A stretch of DNA of 64,000 nt from Candidatus Kaiserbacteria bacterium (GCA_019634005.1 JAHQWD010000002.1:30969-94968), one strand, 5' to 3'. Shown: positions 39,507 to 49,327, numbered from the stretch's first letter. Notes: a model not told the origin generated them from the sequence alone. Translations and numbers: made by a program.

Positions 39507-40712
39507 CTATACTCTCTTAACTTCCGCCCACCTCGTTGTGTACCGAGGTGAGCGGTTTTTTTGTTCTTTCTGTTTCGCCACCCTTCCGATAGTGAGCGTA
39601 TCAACACCAAACCGCTCGTTAATACTGTCGAGCGTACTCATAAGGGTATTGTCAGTCTCCTCTTCTGCAAAAAGTGTGTGCTGTGTGTACTCTATAGGTA
39701 CAATTCTCGAGACAGATACACCTACTTTTTTATACAAAACATCTGGTTCATACAGTTCTCGAAGTATATGGAGTGCTTCTTTAAGCATGAGACGTGTGTC
39801 GCTTGTTGGTGCGATGAGTACCACCTCCTTCCGTCCCCCACGCAGTGCCCAATCTCCAAATCGGCTCGTCCCTAAAGATACATTCAATACCGAACATACT
39901 GCGTCCATTTCTCTCAGCTCCTTGGCCACTTGCTCCACGTGATGCGCCAGTGCAGATTCCAAAACAGAGAGATCTATTGTTGTTTTGGTAAGGGAGCGTG
40001 TGCTCATGATGCTCTTTTGCATTCCCAGCCTATCCTTCGGATGGTACACAGGGTGTTCTCCGAGTTCTTTCTGCACTCTCGTGCCATGTATACCAAAGAG
40101 TGTCTCAATACGCGCAGGGTCTGCATCCAGGAGGTCTTGTACCATAACCAACTCATGCTCCCGCATAGCACGCGCTGTTTTTCCTCCAATTCCCCATATG
40201 GCAGCAAGCGGAATATCTGGAGTTAGCTTCTGCCACTTCTCTCCCTCAAGTACACACAGCCCACTTCCCCGTTTTTCGTATTCACTCGCGTATTTTGCGA
40301 TGGTCATAGTCTTTCCAGCTCCCAAAGATACGGGAATACCAATGTGTTTCTCTATCAATGCTTTAATGCGAGGAAGCTCTTTCGCATCCTTGAGCACCAT
40401 AAACGCTTCGTCGATAGAATATTGGTACACATGTCCCACCTCCTCTTCAAGTGTGCGCATCACCCGAGCTGAGATATCTTTGTATAGCTCAAAGTTTGCT
40501 GAGAAGACTGCAACATTATGTTTCTTCACAATGTCCTCCACCTGAAAGTATGGGGCAGCCATAGGGATACCGAGTTCCTTTGCCTCTTCACTCCGCGCAA
40601 CCACCACACCGCCTCCGCCTCCCGCTACTATCGTGGGGCGTCCAACTAAATCCGGACGAAACAAACGCTCGCAAGAGACAAAGAAGTTATTACAGTCCAG
40701 AAGCACAAACAT
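39507..40712 (-). CDS. umuC: Y-family DNA polymerase, UmuC-like
   Basis: LLDCNNFFVSCER, YSIDEAF, IWGIG, C-terminal SPRYTTRW. Confidence 0.9.
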   Translation of the reverse strand: MFVLLDCNNFFVSCERLFRPDLVGRPTIVAGGGGGVVVARSEEAKELGIPMAAPYFQVEDIVKKHNVAVFSANFELYKDISARVMRTLEEEVGHVYQYSIDEAFMVLKDAKELPRIKALIEKHIGIPVSLGAGKTMTIAKYASEYEKRGSGLCVLEGEKWQKLTPDIPLAAIWGIGGKTARAMREHELVMVQDLLDADPARIETLFGIHGTRVQKELGEHPVYHPKDRLGMQKSIMSTRSLTKTTIDLSVLESALAHHVEQVAKELREMDAVCSVLNVSLGTSRFGDWALRGGRKEVVLIAPTSDTRLMLKEALHILRELYEPDVLYKKVGVSVSRIVPIEYTQHTLFAEEETDNTLMSTLDSINERFGVDTLTIGRVAKQKEQKNRSPRYTTRWAEVKRV

Positions 40713-40714
40713 AT

Positions 40715-41002
40715 TTAATATTTCCGTACGAGACCAATAACCACACCCCAGAGCGTCACCTCTTCTTTTTCTTCCCAGTATCCAAGCTCCATCTCCCCTT
40801 CTACAACCTGAATCACCAGACTTCCTTTCTTAGGTGTCTGCGACCGATCTACCGCCACCATGTCCCCTGCGTGTATGTCACTCCCTTCAGGACCATCTTC
40901 TTCTGTTTGTATAAAAAAGGTACTCTCTGGATTTTGTACGAGATATTCCCTGATATCGAGCGGATGATGCGCATCCTCTCCTTTGGTGAAGCCTTTTGCC
41001 AT
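40715..41002 (-). CDS. UmuD/S24-like protein lacking the N-terminal arm and catalytic motifs
   Basis: LDIREYLVQNPESTFF...IHAGDMVAVDRS...WGVV; directly upstream of umuC. Confidence 0.8.
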   Translation of the reverse strand: MAKGFTKGEDAHHPLDIREYLVQNPESTFFIQTEEDGPEGSDIHAGDMVAVDRSQTPKKGSLVIQVVEGEMELGYWEEKEEVTLWGVVIGLVRKY

Positions 41003-41141
41003 ATGCCCATTGTACCAATAATAAAGAAAGGCCGTCGGTGCACCGACGGCCTGGACAGGTATTTACATGGAGAGGTTAAGATCCTTGCTACGCGAAAGAC
41101 AACCCCAATACCTGATACTCCAGCATCATCTTATCACAAAA

Positions 41142-41705
41142 TTATCCTTTCACCCCCACCACAAACGTCGTGTAGTTAAACTTAAGGTCTTGTATAGATT
41201 CTTCAAGAATCTCGAGTTCGTATAACTCAGCACACCTGCGTGGTGCAATAACTGCGGTAGTGTCTGGAAGTTCTCCGTCATGGAGTGCTTTTGCAGCTGC
41301 CGCAGTATCTTTATACTCTGCAATCTCAATATGTCCCCAAATACGCTTTAAATACATACGACACTGCTTAAGCGCCTGATCATGTGAGGTAATACTTTCA
41401 ATGTGTGAGGCAGTCACCCCTGGTTTCACAAGGAGATTGTGATGGACATCTATCTCAAACATCTTTTCAACTTTAAACCGATGCTTCGCCATCGCGTGTA
41501 CTGCCTCAATCACAATACCTCCATTGGAGTTCTCGATTGGAAAAATACCCTTATCTATAGCCCCCGTTTCAATAGCGTCAAGTACTGCCTCTGCAGAAAC
41601 AAGTGGTATCAATGCTCCATCGGGAAGCTTCTCGTCTTCAATATACCGCTCCCCTGCCTGTTCAGAGAAACTTCCCTTTGCACCCATAATTCCAATACGT
41701 ATCAT
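41142..41705 (-). CDS. prephenate dehydratase catalytic domain (no ACT domain)
   Basis: GAKGSFSE, PIENS, SHDQALKQC, DTAAAA. Confidence 0.85.
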   Translation of the reverse strand: MIRIGIMGAKGSFSEQAGERYIEDEKLPDGALIPLVSAEAVLDAIETGAIDKGIFPIENSNGGIVIEAVHAMAKHRFKVEKMFEIDVHHNLLVKPGVTASHIESITSHDQALKQCRMYLKRIWGHIEIAEYKDTAAAAKALHDGELPDTTAVIAPRRCAELYELEILEESIQDLKFNYTTFVVGVKG

Positions 41706-41884
41706 AGAGAAAAGCGTATCACACTCGTGTGACGTAAAGATAACCAGAACACAAAAAATATTCTGTTACTAGTGCCTTGCGCCAAAAAAAGCGTACTATA
41801 TAATGGTTTGAAGCCACAGAATTGGCATCAAGTGGAAAGTGCAAACATTTTTACTCACCACATTTAAAAAATTCAGTAACTACT

Positions 41885-42157
41885 ATGAACAAGGCAGATA
41901 TCATCAACAAAGTACACGAGACCCTCGGAGGGACTCGTGCTGACGCAGAACGAGCAGTTGAGACTATGGTTTCAACTATCGTTGACACTCTAAAAGATGG
42001 TAACGAGGTTTCTATCGCAGGACTCGGTATCTTCTCAGCTAAGATGCGAAATGCACGTACTGGACGTAACCCACGTACTGGCGAGACTATCCAGATCCCA
42101 GCAATGCGCGTGCCTAAGTTCCGCGCTGCGAAGGCTCTCAAGGACGCTGTTAAGTAA
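41885..42157 (+). CDS. hup: HU DNA-binding protein
   Basis: MNKADII...GRNPRTGETIQIPA...PKFRA. Confidence 0.95.
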   Translation: MNKADIINKVHETLGGTRADAERAVETMVSTIVDTLKDGNEVSIAGLGIFSAKMRNARTGRNPRTGETIQIPAMRVPKFRAAKALKDAVK

Positions 42158-42207
42158 ACAACCCTTTGTTCAAAAAACCACACGCCATATGGCGTGTGGT
42201 TTTTTGT

Positions 42208-42630
42208 CTATATCTCTGCGTAGTTAAACAACACACTAAACGGCACACACCAATACATCACGTAAGAATATTCTGTGATATCTATATCCTCAGGAACAAC
42301 ATAGTTGATATTCCCTTCTGTTCCCCGTATTGGTCCAAGATCTACAAACTCTTTTGCATCGAGATCTTTTGCAAGATATACATGAAGATTTGGTCCATTT
42401 ATTGTTTTAAAGTTCTCGTATCGAATAATGGTTTCCCCGTCCACGCCTTCAATAATCCGTACTGTTCCTGATGCGGGATGGGTTGGCGTATCAATAATCT
42501 CCGCACTCTGTACCTCAGTACTCTCAGGAGCAGTCTCATCAAGTGAAACATTCCTAAAGAATGGAGAGATTGTATAGTATCCAATCCCGAGGACGATGAC
42601 GATAATAACGATGCCGATGATTTTTTTCAT
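42208..42630 (-). CDS. DM13 domain protein
   Basis: HPASGTV, GPNLHVYL, LGPIRGTEGNINY, WCVPFSVLF. Confidence 0.85.
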   Translation of the reverse strand: MKKIIGIVIIVIVLGIGYYTISPFFRNVSLDETAPESTEVQSAEIIDTPTHPASGTVRIIEGVDGETIIRYENFKTINGPNLHVYLAKDLDAKEFVDLGPIRGTEGNINYVVPEDIDITEYSYVMYWCVPFSVLFNYAEI

Positions 42631-42696
42631 ACGGTAAGCGTAACATAAATTCCGGCGCATCATCTGATGCGCCGGCTGTGTTTGTGATTTTTTGGA

Positions 42697-43437
42697 TTAA
42701 TCTTCATCTGATTCGTTGATGATTGTAGTCCTTTCGATGTGAGAATTATTTACAGACGTACTGGCCACGAGGGGTGCGCCGATCATGACCGCACCAAGTC
42801 CACTTGCGACAATTTCGTCCGGAGGAACCTCCATTTTAGTCGCAGTCTTTTTGAGGACCTCTGCACGCATCTCTGCTGCAGCTTCCAGATTCACAATAGG
42901 GGCACTCTCTGGAGTGGGCGCAACCGTTGTCAATCGGAAGTCGATCAGTGAAATCCCCCATTCGTCTGTTCGTTCTTTGATAGTCTTAAAGATCTCCCTT
43001 GAGATCACCTCGGTGTCTGCAAGATCATGATGATCCTTGCGTTGCGCAATCTTGTCGCGAAGAACACCCATCGCAAGTTGCTCGATAGACTCATCGAGCA
43101 TTTCAATTTCAAAGAGTGCCTTGTATATATCGTTGACACGAAAATACAAAGCGCCGGCAACACGAAAAGTGAGACCGCTCTTCAAAGTTATCACTTGCTC
43201 ATCCAGAGTCACTTCTTGTTGCCGAACATGGCGACGACGTAATGTTTCCACAAATGGAATCATCCAGACAAAGCCGGGTTTGATCACTTTGGGAGTACCA
43301 TCCCTGGTACGCACCACTTTACCAAACCGCAACTTGAGCCCAAGAGATCCCTCTTGCACAAATCTGAAACTCTGGAAAAGAGCAACAGCACCTGAACCAA
43401 GTACTGCAACTGACTCGACTATTCCACCACCTATCAT
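42697..43437 (-). CDS. SPFH/Band 7 domain protein
   Basis: LRFGK...PGFVWMIPFVE...Q.VIT...WGI. Confidence 0.85.
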   Translation of the reverse strand: MIGGGIVESVAVLGSGAVALFQSFRFVQEGSLGLKLRFGKVVRTRDGTPKVIKPGFVWMIPFVETLRRRHVRQQEVTLDEQVITLKSGLTFRVAGALYFRVNDIYKALFEIEMLDESIEQLAMGVLRDKIAQRKDHHDLADTEVISREIFKTIKERTDEWGISLIDFRLTTVAPTPESAPIVNLEAAAEMRAEVLKKTATKMEVPPDEIVASGLGAVMIGAPLVASTSVNNSHIERTTIINESDED

Positions 43438-43534
43438 GATGTTTTCTCCTGTTTGTCCAAACTAAGTGGAACTGTACACTAACTAATGGCCCTGTCAAGA
43501 AAACACAAAAACCGCCTTTCGGCGGTTTTTGCTT

Positions 43535-43608
43535 TGGTGCGGGTGAGAGGAATCGAACCCCCGACCTCTGCTTGGAAGGCAGATGTTTTACCACTAAACT
43601 ACACCCGC
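43535..43608 (-). tRNA. tRNA-Gly(TCC), CCA encoded
   Basis: Cloverleaf GCGGGTG...TCTGC-CTTCCAA-GCAGA...TTCGATT...CACCCGC ACCA. Confidence 0.95.
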
Positions 43609-43639
43609 AAGTGAGTAGGATTCTATCACACTTTTAGTT

Positions 43640-44962
43640 TTACTCAACAACAGCGTCAGTCGTTGTCGCAGTCTCTGTTTCGTCTTCTATAGTATCTTCC
43701 TCCTCCACAACCTCTTTCGCTTCTTCTAGGAGCATTTTGAGACTCTCAAGGTATCCTTTGGCAGCTTCCACTGCTTCTTCTGCGGTATCAAAATCTTTTT
43801 CTGCAAGTGTACTTGATGCAGTCTCTACACTTGAATCAAATGCAGTTGTTGTAGATGCAATATCGGTGTCCTCTTCGTCGAGCTCAAAAGCATTTCGTGC
43901 ATTCATAAGTTCATCAAGAGCACCAAGAATCGCAGTGGTGCGTTCTTCATCTGTCTTCTCCGCTGGCACAAGGTCTTCAAGGAGTACGCTCTCTCGAACA
44001 TCGATATCAGTGATGAAGAGTACGAGCTTCTGGATGTCACGAAGTGTCGTTGCAAGAATACTGATTGGATTCACCTTCTCTTCTTCTGCAACTACAGGAG
44101 TCGTTGTTCCTGTTGAAGTAGCAGTATCCGCTTCGTGTGCAAGGTGCGCAGTCTCTACTTTTTTCTCAATATCTCCGAGACGTCGCTCAATGTCTGTGCG
44201 CTCTTCGTCGGTGACTGAGCCATTAATTGCAGCGAAGAGATCCTCGACACGAGTAATCTCCTCATGTACCCGAGTATTGAGCCTCTCGTATGATGGCGTT
44301 GAGGTGCTCACTGCACTCTGCGCATCACGAAGGACGCCTGCAACTCCTTCTGAGGAGCCACCGACACCACGCGCTTCGTCACTTGAAAGTACCGCAGACT
44401 GTACTTCAAGGGTAGAACTAAATGCGATTTCTGCGATAGCCGCCTCTTCTGCATCACTGTTCTTAAGCTCATTAATGCCCTCCTGTACTGCTGACGCATG
44501 TCCTTTTACGGTCTCTGCAATCTTTGCATCAGTTTCTTCATTAAGCTTCCCTTCTTTTGCAAGAAGACGTGCTTCTGCAATACGTCGCTCAAGGAGTTCT
44601 GTCTCAAAGGCTACTTTCTCATACGGAGAATCTGCAAAGGATGCAAGAATACTTTCGTTAATCTTTGTCTTGATAGGATAAAGCACATCTCCTGGCACTG
44701 CTTTCTCTGCAGCAAATGGAAGTACGAGTACGACAAACACCGCCATGAACGCTCCTGCAAGACTGCGTGTATGTGACTGGCTCCACGCAAGCACTTCTCC
44801 AACATTAAATGATGGAACCTCCGTACGCTTCTCACGCATTGTTTCAGGAAGCGGATGATACTCCATGTATGAAAGGACACGATCACGAAGCATACGGCGT
44901 TCTGCCGCTTTCAAGCGTGTTTTTTCTGCAATCTTTGTAATGTCGTTATCAAAAGACTTCAT
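43640..44962 (-). CDS. DUF5667-like membrane protein, candidate anti-sigma factor
   Basis: AVPGDVLYPIK...ERRIAEA motif after a TM helix; immediately downstream of the ECF sigma. Confidence 0.75.
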   Translation of the reverse strand: MKSFDNDITKIAEKTRLKAAERRMLRDRVLSYMEYHPLPETMREKRTEVPSFNVGEVLAWSQSHTRSLAGAFMAVFVVLVLPFAAEKAVPGDVLYPIKTKINESILASFADSPYEKVAFETELLERRIAEARLLAKEGKLNEETDAKIAETVKGHASAVQEGINELKNSDAEEAAIAEIAFSSTLEVQSAVLSSDEARGVGGSSEGVAGVLRDAQSAVSTSTPSYERLNTRVHEEITRVEDLFAAINGSVTDEERTDIERRLGDIEKKVETAHLAHEADTATSTGTTTPVVAEEEKVNPISILATTLRDIQKLVLFITDIDVRESVLLEDLVPAEKTDEERTTAILGALDELMNARNAFELDEEDTDIASTTTAFDSSVETASSTLAEKDFDTAEEAVEAAKGYLESLKMLLEEAKEVVEEEDTIEDETETATTTDAVVE

Positions 44963-44974
44963 AATCGTGTGGAA

Positions 44975-45568
44975 CTATTTGAATGCACGACGCATTCGGG
45001 ACGCTTCCTCTTCCCCGTCATCAATTTTTTGTTTCAATGCTTTCAGTCCGCGATGTAGGCGAACAGAAACAACGTTCTCTGTCTCCTCTATCAGGTGACT
45101 GATCTCCTTCGGACCAAGTCCGTCAATGAATCGAAGTACCAACACCTCACGATACGTGTCTGGAATCTCTTCAAGGAGTCCCAATGCACGTTCAGCATCC
45201 ATCGAAAATGTTAACTCTTCGATGGAACCACCGTGAAGTTCTTCAAACTTCCCCTCATCAGTCCCCTCTTCTTCCATAAGCGCATCGAGTGAGTGTTCTT
45301 TACGCTTACGGTACTCATCGATGATGAGATTGTTGAGAATCTTGTACAGGAATGGTTTGTATGACTGTACTTCGTGTCCTCCGCGGATATACCCCCACAC
45401 TTTTGTGAAGGTGTCGTGAACGAGTTCGATTCCCCGTTCGCGATCCGAGAGTCTGTACACAGCATGGCGAAAGAGCGCATCACTGTATTCATCAAAAGCT
45501 TTCAAGAAACGTTCCTCATGGTTCCCTCCTGAAGCGATGTTTTCGTTTGTGAGTCCATCTTTCTCCAT
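44975..45568 (-). CDS. ECF-type RNA polymerase sigma factor
   Basis: LVHDTFTKVW, FLYKILNNLIID.YRK, REVLVLRF..GL..KEI, VRLHRG. Confidence 0.92.
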   Translation of the reverse strand: MEKDGLTNENIASGGNHEERFLKAFDEYSDALFRHAVYRLSDRERGIELVHDTFTKVWGYIRGGHEVQSYKPFLYKILNNLIIDEYRKRKEHSLDALMEEEGTDEGKFEELHGGSIEELTFSMDAERALGLLEEIPDTYREVLVLRFIDGLGPKEISHLIEETENVVSVRLHRGLKALKQKIDDGEEEASRMRRAFK

Positions 45569-45695
45569 GTGTGAACCATTATATACGGAGACGGACGAAA
45601 TGCCGACTTCTTTCACAGAATAAGGCTCGATTTTTCCTCAAACAGATGGTATGATTGCCCCTGCACAATTTGCTTATATTTCTTTTTGTTTAAGT

Positions 45696-45766
45696 CGGGG
45701 TGTAGCATAATGGTAGTGTACACGGTTTGGGACCGTGCGGCCGGGGTTCGATTCCCCGCTCCCCGA
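45696..45766 (+). tRNA. tRNA-Pro(TGG), CCA not encoded
   Basis: CGGGGTG...CACGG-TTTGGGA-CCGTG...GTTCGATTC. Confidence 0.93.
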
Positions 45767-45821
45767 CTTAGGCTGAAAGAGAAAGAAAAGAACATGCAGT
45801 ACTGCATGTTCTTTTCTTTTG

Positions 45822-46080
45822 GTTCCATGTGGAACTGACAGTATGAGTTTCACGTGGAACAAAGTTACCATTCTCCCTACCTGTTCCATATGGAACAGGT
45901 ACATATTCCTATTTCGTACAGCGTATAGGTTCCATGTGGAACGTGTATTCCTAAAATCTATACAAAACTAAACACCTTTACCTCCAACCAGCTCAATTCA
46001 GGGAGTTTGTTCCATGTGGAACCGTCTAAACAGCTTTTGGCACACTAAATACTTCAAAATCATATGTTTCACGTGGAACA
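45822..46080. repeat. cluster of six parS-like palindromes
   Basis: GTT(C/T)CA(T/C)(G/A)TGGAAC at 45822, 45847, 45883, 45929, 46009 and 46066; matches parS consensus TGTTNCACGTGAAACA. Confidence 0.85.
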
Positions 46081-46225
46081 ATAGGCTATATTTACTATGT
46101 CTTTTTATATAAGGTAATAAATAAGCCATATTTTAAAAAGACGTGCTTTTTGAATAAATGTCCTTTATACACATATCCCCTGTTTTATGCACAGTTTTGC
46201 ACATTTCAGGTATACTATCTACATT

Positions 46226-46510
46226 ATGGAACTATCTGAACGATATATACAAAAGCTTGAAGATGAAGGATTTTCTCACGTATGCGATGAACAAGATGAT
46301 CCAGGTAAAATTTACAAAGAACATGAGTGTCAGAATAAAGTGTCTCTTATTATTACGGACGGATCTTTAGAAGTTATTCTTGATAATGAGGTTAAGAGAC
46401 TTTCAACACACGATCGACTTGATATACATCCACAAACAAAACTATCTGCAGTTGTTGGTCCTGAAGGATGCGGATACGTCGTTGGAGAGATGATTAAGGG
46501 TGATTTTTAG
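46226..46510 (+). CDS. cupin-like small protein
   Basis: DDPGKIYKEHEC...ITDGSL...RLDIHP...AVVGPEGC.YVVGE. Confidence 0.7.
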   Translation: MELSERYIQKLEDEGFSHVCDEQDDPGKIYKEHECQNKVSLIITDGSLEVILDNEVKRLSTHDRLDIHPQTKLSAVVGPEGCGYVVGEMIKGDF

Positions 46511-46573
46511 AAAATACAGGTTTATCAACGTATTTTATAATATGAACCATTGTACTATGCTATTATAGTACAT

Positions 46574-47227
46574 ATGAGTACACGTAAGGAACGGGCTTTT
46601 GAACTCCGTAAAAAGGGGAAGAGCTATAACCAGATATCCGAAGAAATTGGCGTCGCAAAAAGCACTCTATCCAACTGGTTCAAAGGAATGTCCTTTTCAG
46701 AGGAGATAAAGAAACAGCTTCGTAAAGAAGCCCAGGGAGTGAGTATTGAACGAATTGAACGCCTCAACAGAGTGCGTGGAGAAAAATTAGATGCTCTCTA
46801 CGCAAGGGCACAAGAAGAAGCACGCGCTGAAGCGGGTAAATATGCGTTTAATCCACTTTTTGTAGCTGCCGTAGCGGCATATTGGGGAGAAGGGGACAAG
46901 AAGTCTAAAAATCATGTTCGTCTAACGAATACAGACCCAAAAATGATAGCTCTCTTCCGTAAATTTCTTCTTGAAATATGTAAAATACCTGACGAAAAGA
47001 TAAAAGGGGCGCTCTTTATCTACGAAGACTTAGATGAGGCCGCCTGCAAGGAATACTGGGCGCGTGAGACGGGTATCACACAGTTTCACAAGACGATGAT
47101 ACTGCCGAAACCTAAAGATGAGACACATGTTTCATATGGAACATGTTCTCTTATTGTCTCAAATACGTATCTGAAGACAAAAATGAAGGTTTGGATTGAC
47201 CAATTGCCCGAAATAATATTACAATAG
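46574..47227 (+). CDS. HTH plus LAGLIDADG-like protein abutting a tRNA
   Basis: LRKKGKSYNQISEEIGVAKSTLSNW HTH; YWGEGDK and LTNTDPKMIALF motifs. Confidence 0.7.
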   Translation: MSTRKERAFELRKKGKSYNQISEEIGVAKSTLSNWFKGMSFSEEIKKQLRKEAQGVSIERIERLNRVRGEKLDALYARAQEEARAEAGKYAFNPLFVAAVAAYWGEGDKKSKNHVRLTNTDPKMIALFRKFLLEICKIPDEKIKGALFIYEDLDEAACKEYWARETGITQFHKTMILPKPKDETHVSYGTCSLIVSNTYLKTKMKVWIDQLPEIILQ

Positions 47228-47234
47228 CGATCAC

Positions 47235-47305
47235 GCGGCCATGGTTAAGTGGTATAACGGGTCCTTGCCAAGGATCAGTCGGGGTTTCGATTACCCCTGG
47301 CCGCA
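47235..47305 (+). tRNA. tRNA-Gly(GCC), CCA not encoded
   Basis: GCGGCCA...GGTCC-TTGCCAA-GGATC...TTCGATT...TGGCCGC A. Confidence 0.9.
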
Positions 47306-47353
47306 CAAAAGCAAAAAGCCATCACGAACGTGACAGCCTCTTGCTGCGTCTAG

Positions 47354-47425
47354 TGCACCCGGAGGGACTCGAACCCCCAACAACTGATCCGAAGTCAGTC
47401 ATGATATCCATTTCACCACGGGTGC
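47354..47425 (-). tRNA. tRNA-Arg(TCG)
   Basis: GCACCCG...ACTGA-CTTCGGA-TCAGT...GTTCGAGTC...CGGGTGC A. Confidence 0.92.
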
Positions 47426-47489
47426 AGTTGGCACATAATACGCGCCCTTAAGCGAAATTGCAATAAAAGTCTGTTAGAATAGCCGTATC

Positions 47490-48962
47490 ATGATCACTAA
47501 AGAACATATTCCTCTTGAAGTACGAATTGTCGCAGAAACGCTTGAGAAAGCGGGTTTTGAAGCGTATCTGGTAGGAGGATGTGTGCGAGACATTCTTACA
47601 GGAAAGACACCAAAAGACTGGGACATTACGACAAATGCCCATCCCGAAGATGTTGAAAAGATATTTGAGAGCACCTTCATGAATAACGACTTCGGTACTG
47701 TTGGTGTCGTAAATGAGGAGACAGAAGACGAGTCTCTTAAGGTAGTGGAAGTAACTCCATACCGAAGTGAGTCTGGATATTCTGATGCTCGACGCCCTGA
47801 TGAGGTGACCTTTGGTGTTTCACTCGATGATGATCTCACTCGAAGAGATTTCACGGTAAACGCCATTGCATACCGTGTAAAGGACAATACGCTCGTAGAC
47901 CCATTTGATGGGCAAAAGGACGTAAAGGACAAAAAACTTCGTGCGGTGGGGGAGGCAAGACTTCGATTTGAAGAGGACGCACTTCGTATGATGCGCGCTG
48001 TACGCCTTGCTGTCGAGCACGATTTCATCATTGAAGCCGAAACCATGGCTGCAATTACCCAAAATGCATCTAACTTGGAGCGTATCTCAAAAGAACGTAT
48101 TCGAGATGAGTTCGTTCGTATCATTAACTCTGCACAGCCCATGCAGGGAATTGTATTCCTTGAGAAGCTGGGACTTCTCCCCTATGTATTGCCACACATT
48201 GCTGACGGTATTGGTATCGAGCAAAACCAAGCACATGCATACGATGTATACGAGCATAACCTCAGGTCTCTCCAGCACGCTGCAGACAAAAACTATCCAT
48301 TCGAGATCCGTCTTGCAGCCCTCCTTCACGACATTGGAAAGCCAGCTACCCGAGAACACAGTGAGGAAAAAAGAGACTGGACCTTCTACAACCACGAGGT
48401 AGTTGGGGCAAAAATGGCTAAAAATATACTCAAAGACCTTAAGTTTCCACGTGAAACCACTGAGACGGTCACAAAACTGGTGCGGTGGCACATGTTTTTC
48501 TCAGACCCAGACCAGGTAACACTCTCTGCAGTGCGACGCACTATACGCAACGTAGGAGAAGAACAGATCTGGAATTTACTCAATCTCCGCATCTGCGACC
48601 GCATTGGTACTGGACGTCCAAAGGAGCAGCCGTTCCGTTTCCGAAAATACAAATCTATGGTGGAGGAAGCACTTCGAGACCCCATTTCTGTAAAGATGCT
48701 TAAAATGGATGGTGGGAAAATCATGGGGATAACTGGTGAAAAACCTGGTCCTAAGTTGGGGAATATTCTTCACGCACTTCTTGAAGAAGTTCTTGATGAC
48801 CCTAAGAAAAATACTGAGGAGTATCTCGAAAAACGAGTAAAAGAACTCTCTGGAATGCCTGAGAAAGAACTTCGTGCACTTGGAGAGAAAGGGAAGGAGA
48901 AGCAGGCGGAAACTGAAGCGCAGGAAATCAAGAAGATACGCCGTAAAAACAAGGTGTATTAA
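47490..48962 (+). CDS. cca: CCA-adding tRNA nucleotidyltransferase with HD domain
   Basis: LVGGCVRD, DWDITT, RRDFTVNA, EDALR, LLHDIGK. Confidence 0.93.
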   Translation: MITKEHIPLEVRIVAETLEKAGFEAYLVGGCVRDILTGKTPKDWDITTNAHPEDVEKIFESTFMNNDFGTVGVVNEETEDESLKVVEVTPYRSESGYSDARRPDEVTFGVSLDDDLTRRDFTVNAIAYRVKDNTLVDPFDGQKDVKDKKLRAVGEARLRFEEDALRMMRAVRLAVEHDFIIEAETMAAITQNASNLERISKERIRDEFVRIINSAQPMQGIVFLEKLGLLPYVLPHIADGIGIEQNQAHAYDVYEHNLRSLQHAADKNYPFEIRLAALLHDIGKPATREHSEEKRDWTFYNHEVVGAKMAKNILKDLKFPRETTETVTKLVRWHMFFSDPDQVTLSAVRRTIRNVGEEQIWNLLNLRICDRIGTGRPKEQPFRFRKYKSMVEEALRDPISVKMLKMDGGKIMGITGEKPGPKLGNILHALLEEVLDDPKKNTEEYLEKRVKELSGMPEKELRALGEKGKEKQAETEAQEIKKIRRKNKVY

Positions 48963-49327
48963 ACATATAAAAAAGCCCGTGGGGATCGAATGCCGAGCCG
49001 TGCTCAGTGCCCGATCCCTACGGGCTTTATAGAATGGGGTGGTTTTACGAAGTGTTACAAGGGCCTCTGCCCAAACGCGATGAGTCATTCCATGCTCAAG
49101 TCGCACAAAAGTAATCACATTCATACTTCAAAATGATTCACATATGTTTCGAACCATCTTGGAAATAGATGAACTATAGAGTTATTTGGAGGTTTTACTC
49201 TTGTACAAAGATCTGCTTTGGGGACAGTAGTCATGTCGCCCGCCTTTCTGGCCTACCCAAAGTATATGTCCTTTAGAGACTTTGTAAAAGACATTACTGT
49301 GGATAAATGTCCTTTATAAAAAGTCCT

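Noticed and set aside
45782-45819. 38-bp perfect palindrome as a mobile-element end
   Set aside because: Position right after tRNA-Pro and flanking A/T tracts fit a bidirectional terminator
45822-46080. CRISPR array
   Set aside because: Repeats are 14-16 bp palindromes with irregular spacing (11-66 bp) matching parS; no cas genes seen
48576-49124. 182-aa minus-strand ORF
   Set aside because: Mostly antisense to cca and crosses its terminator
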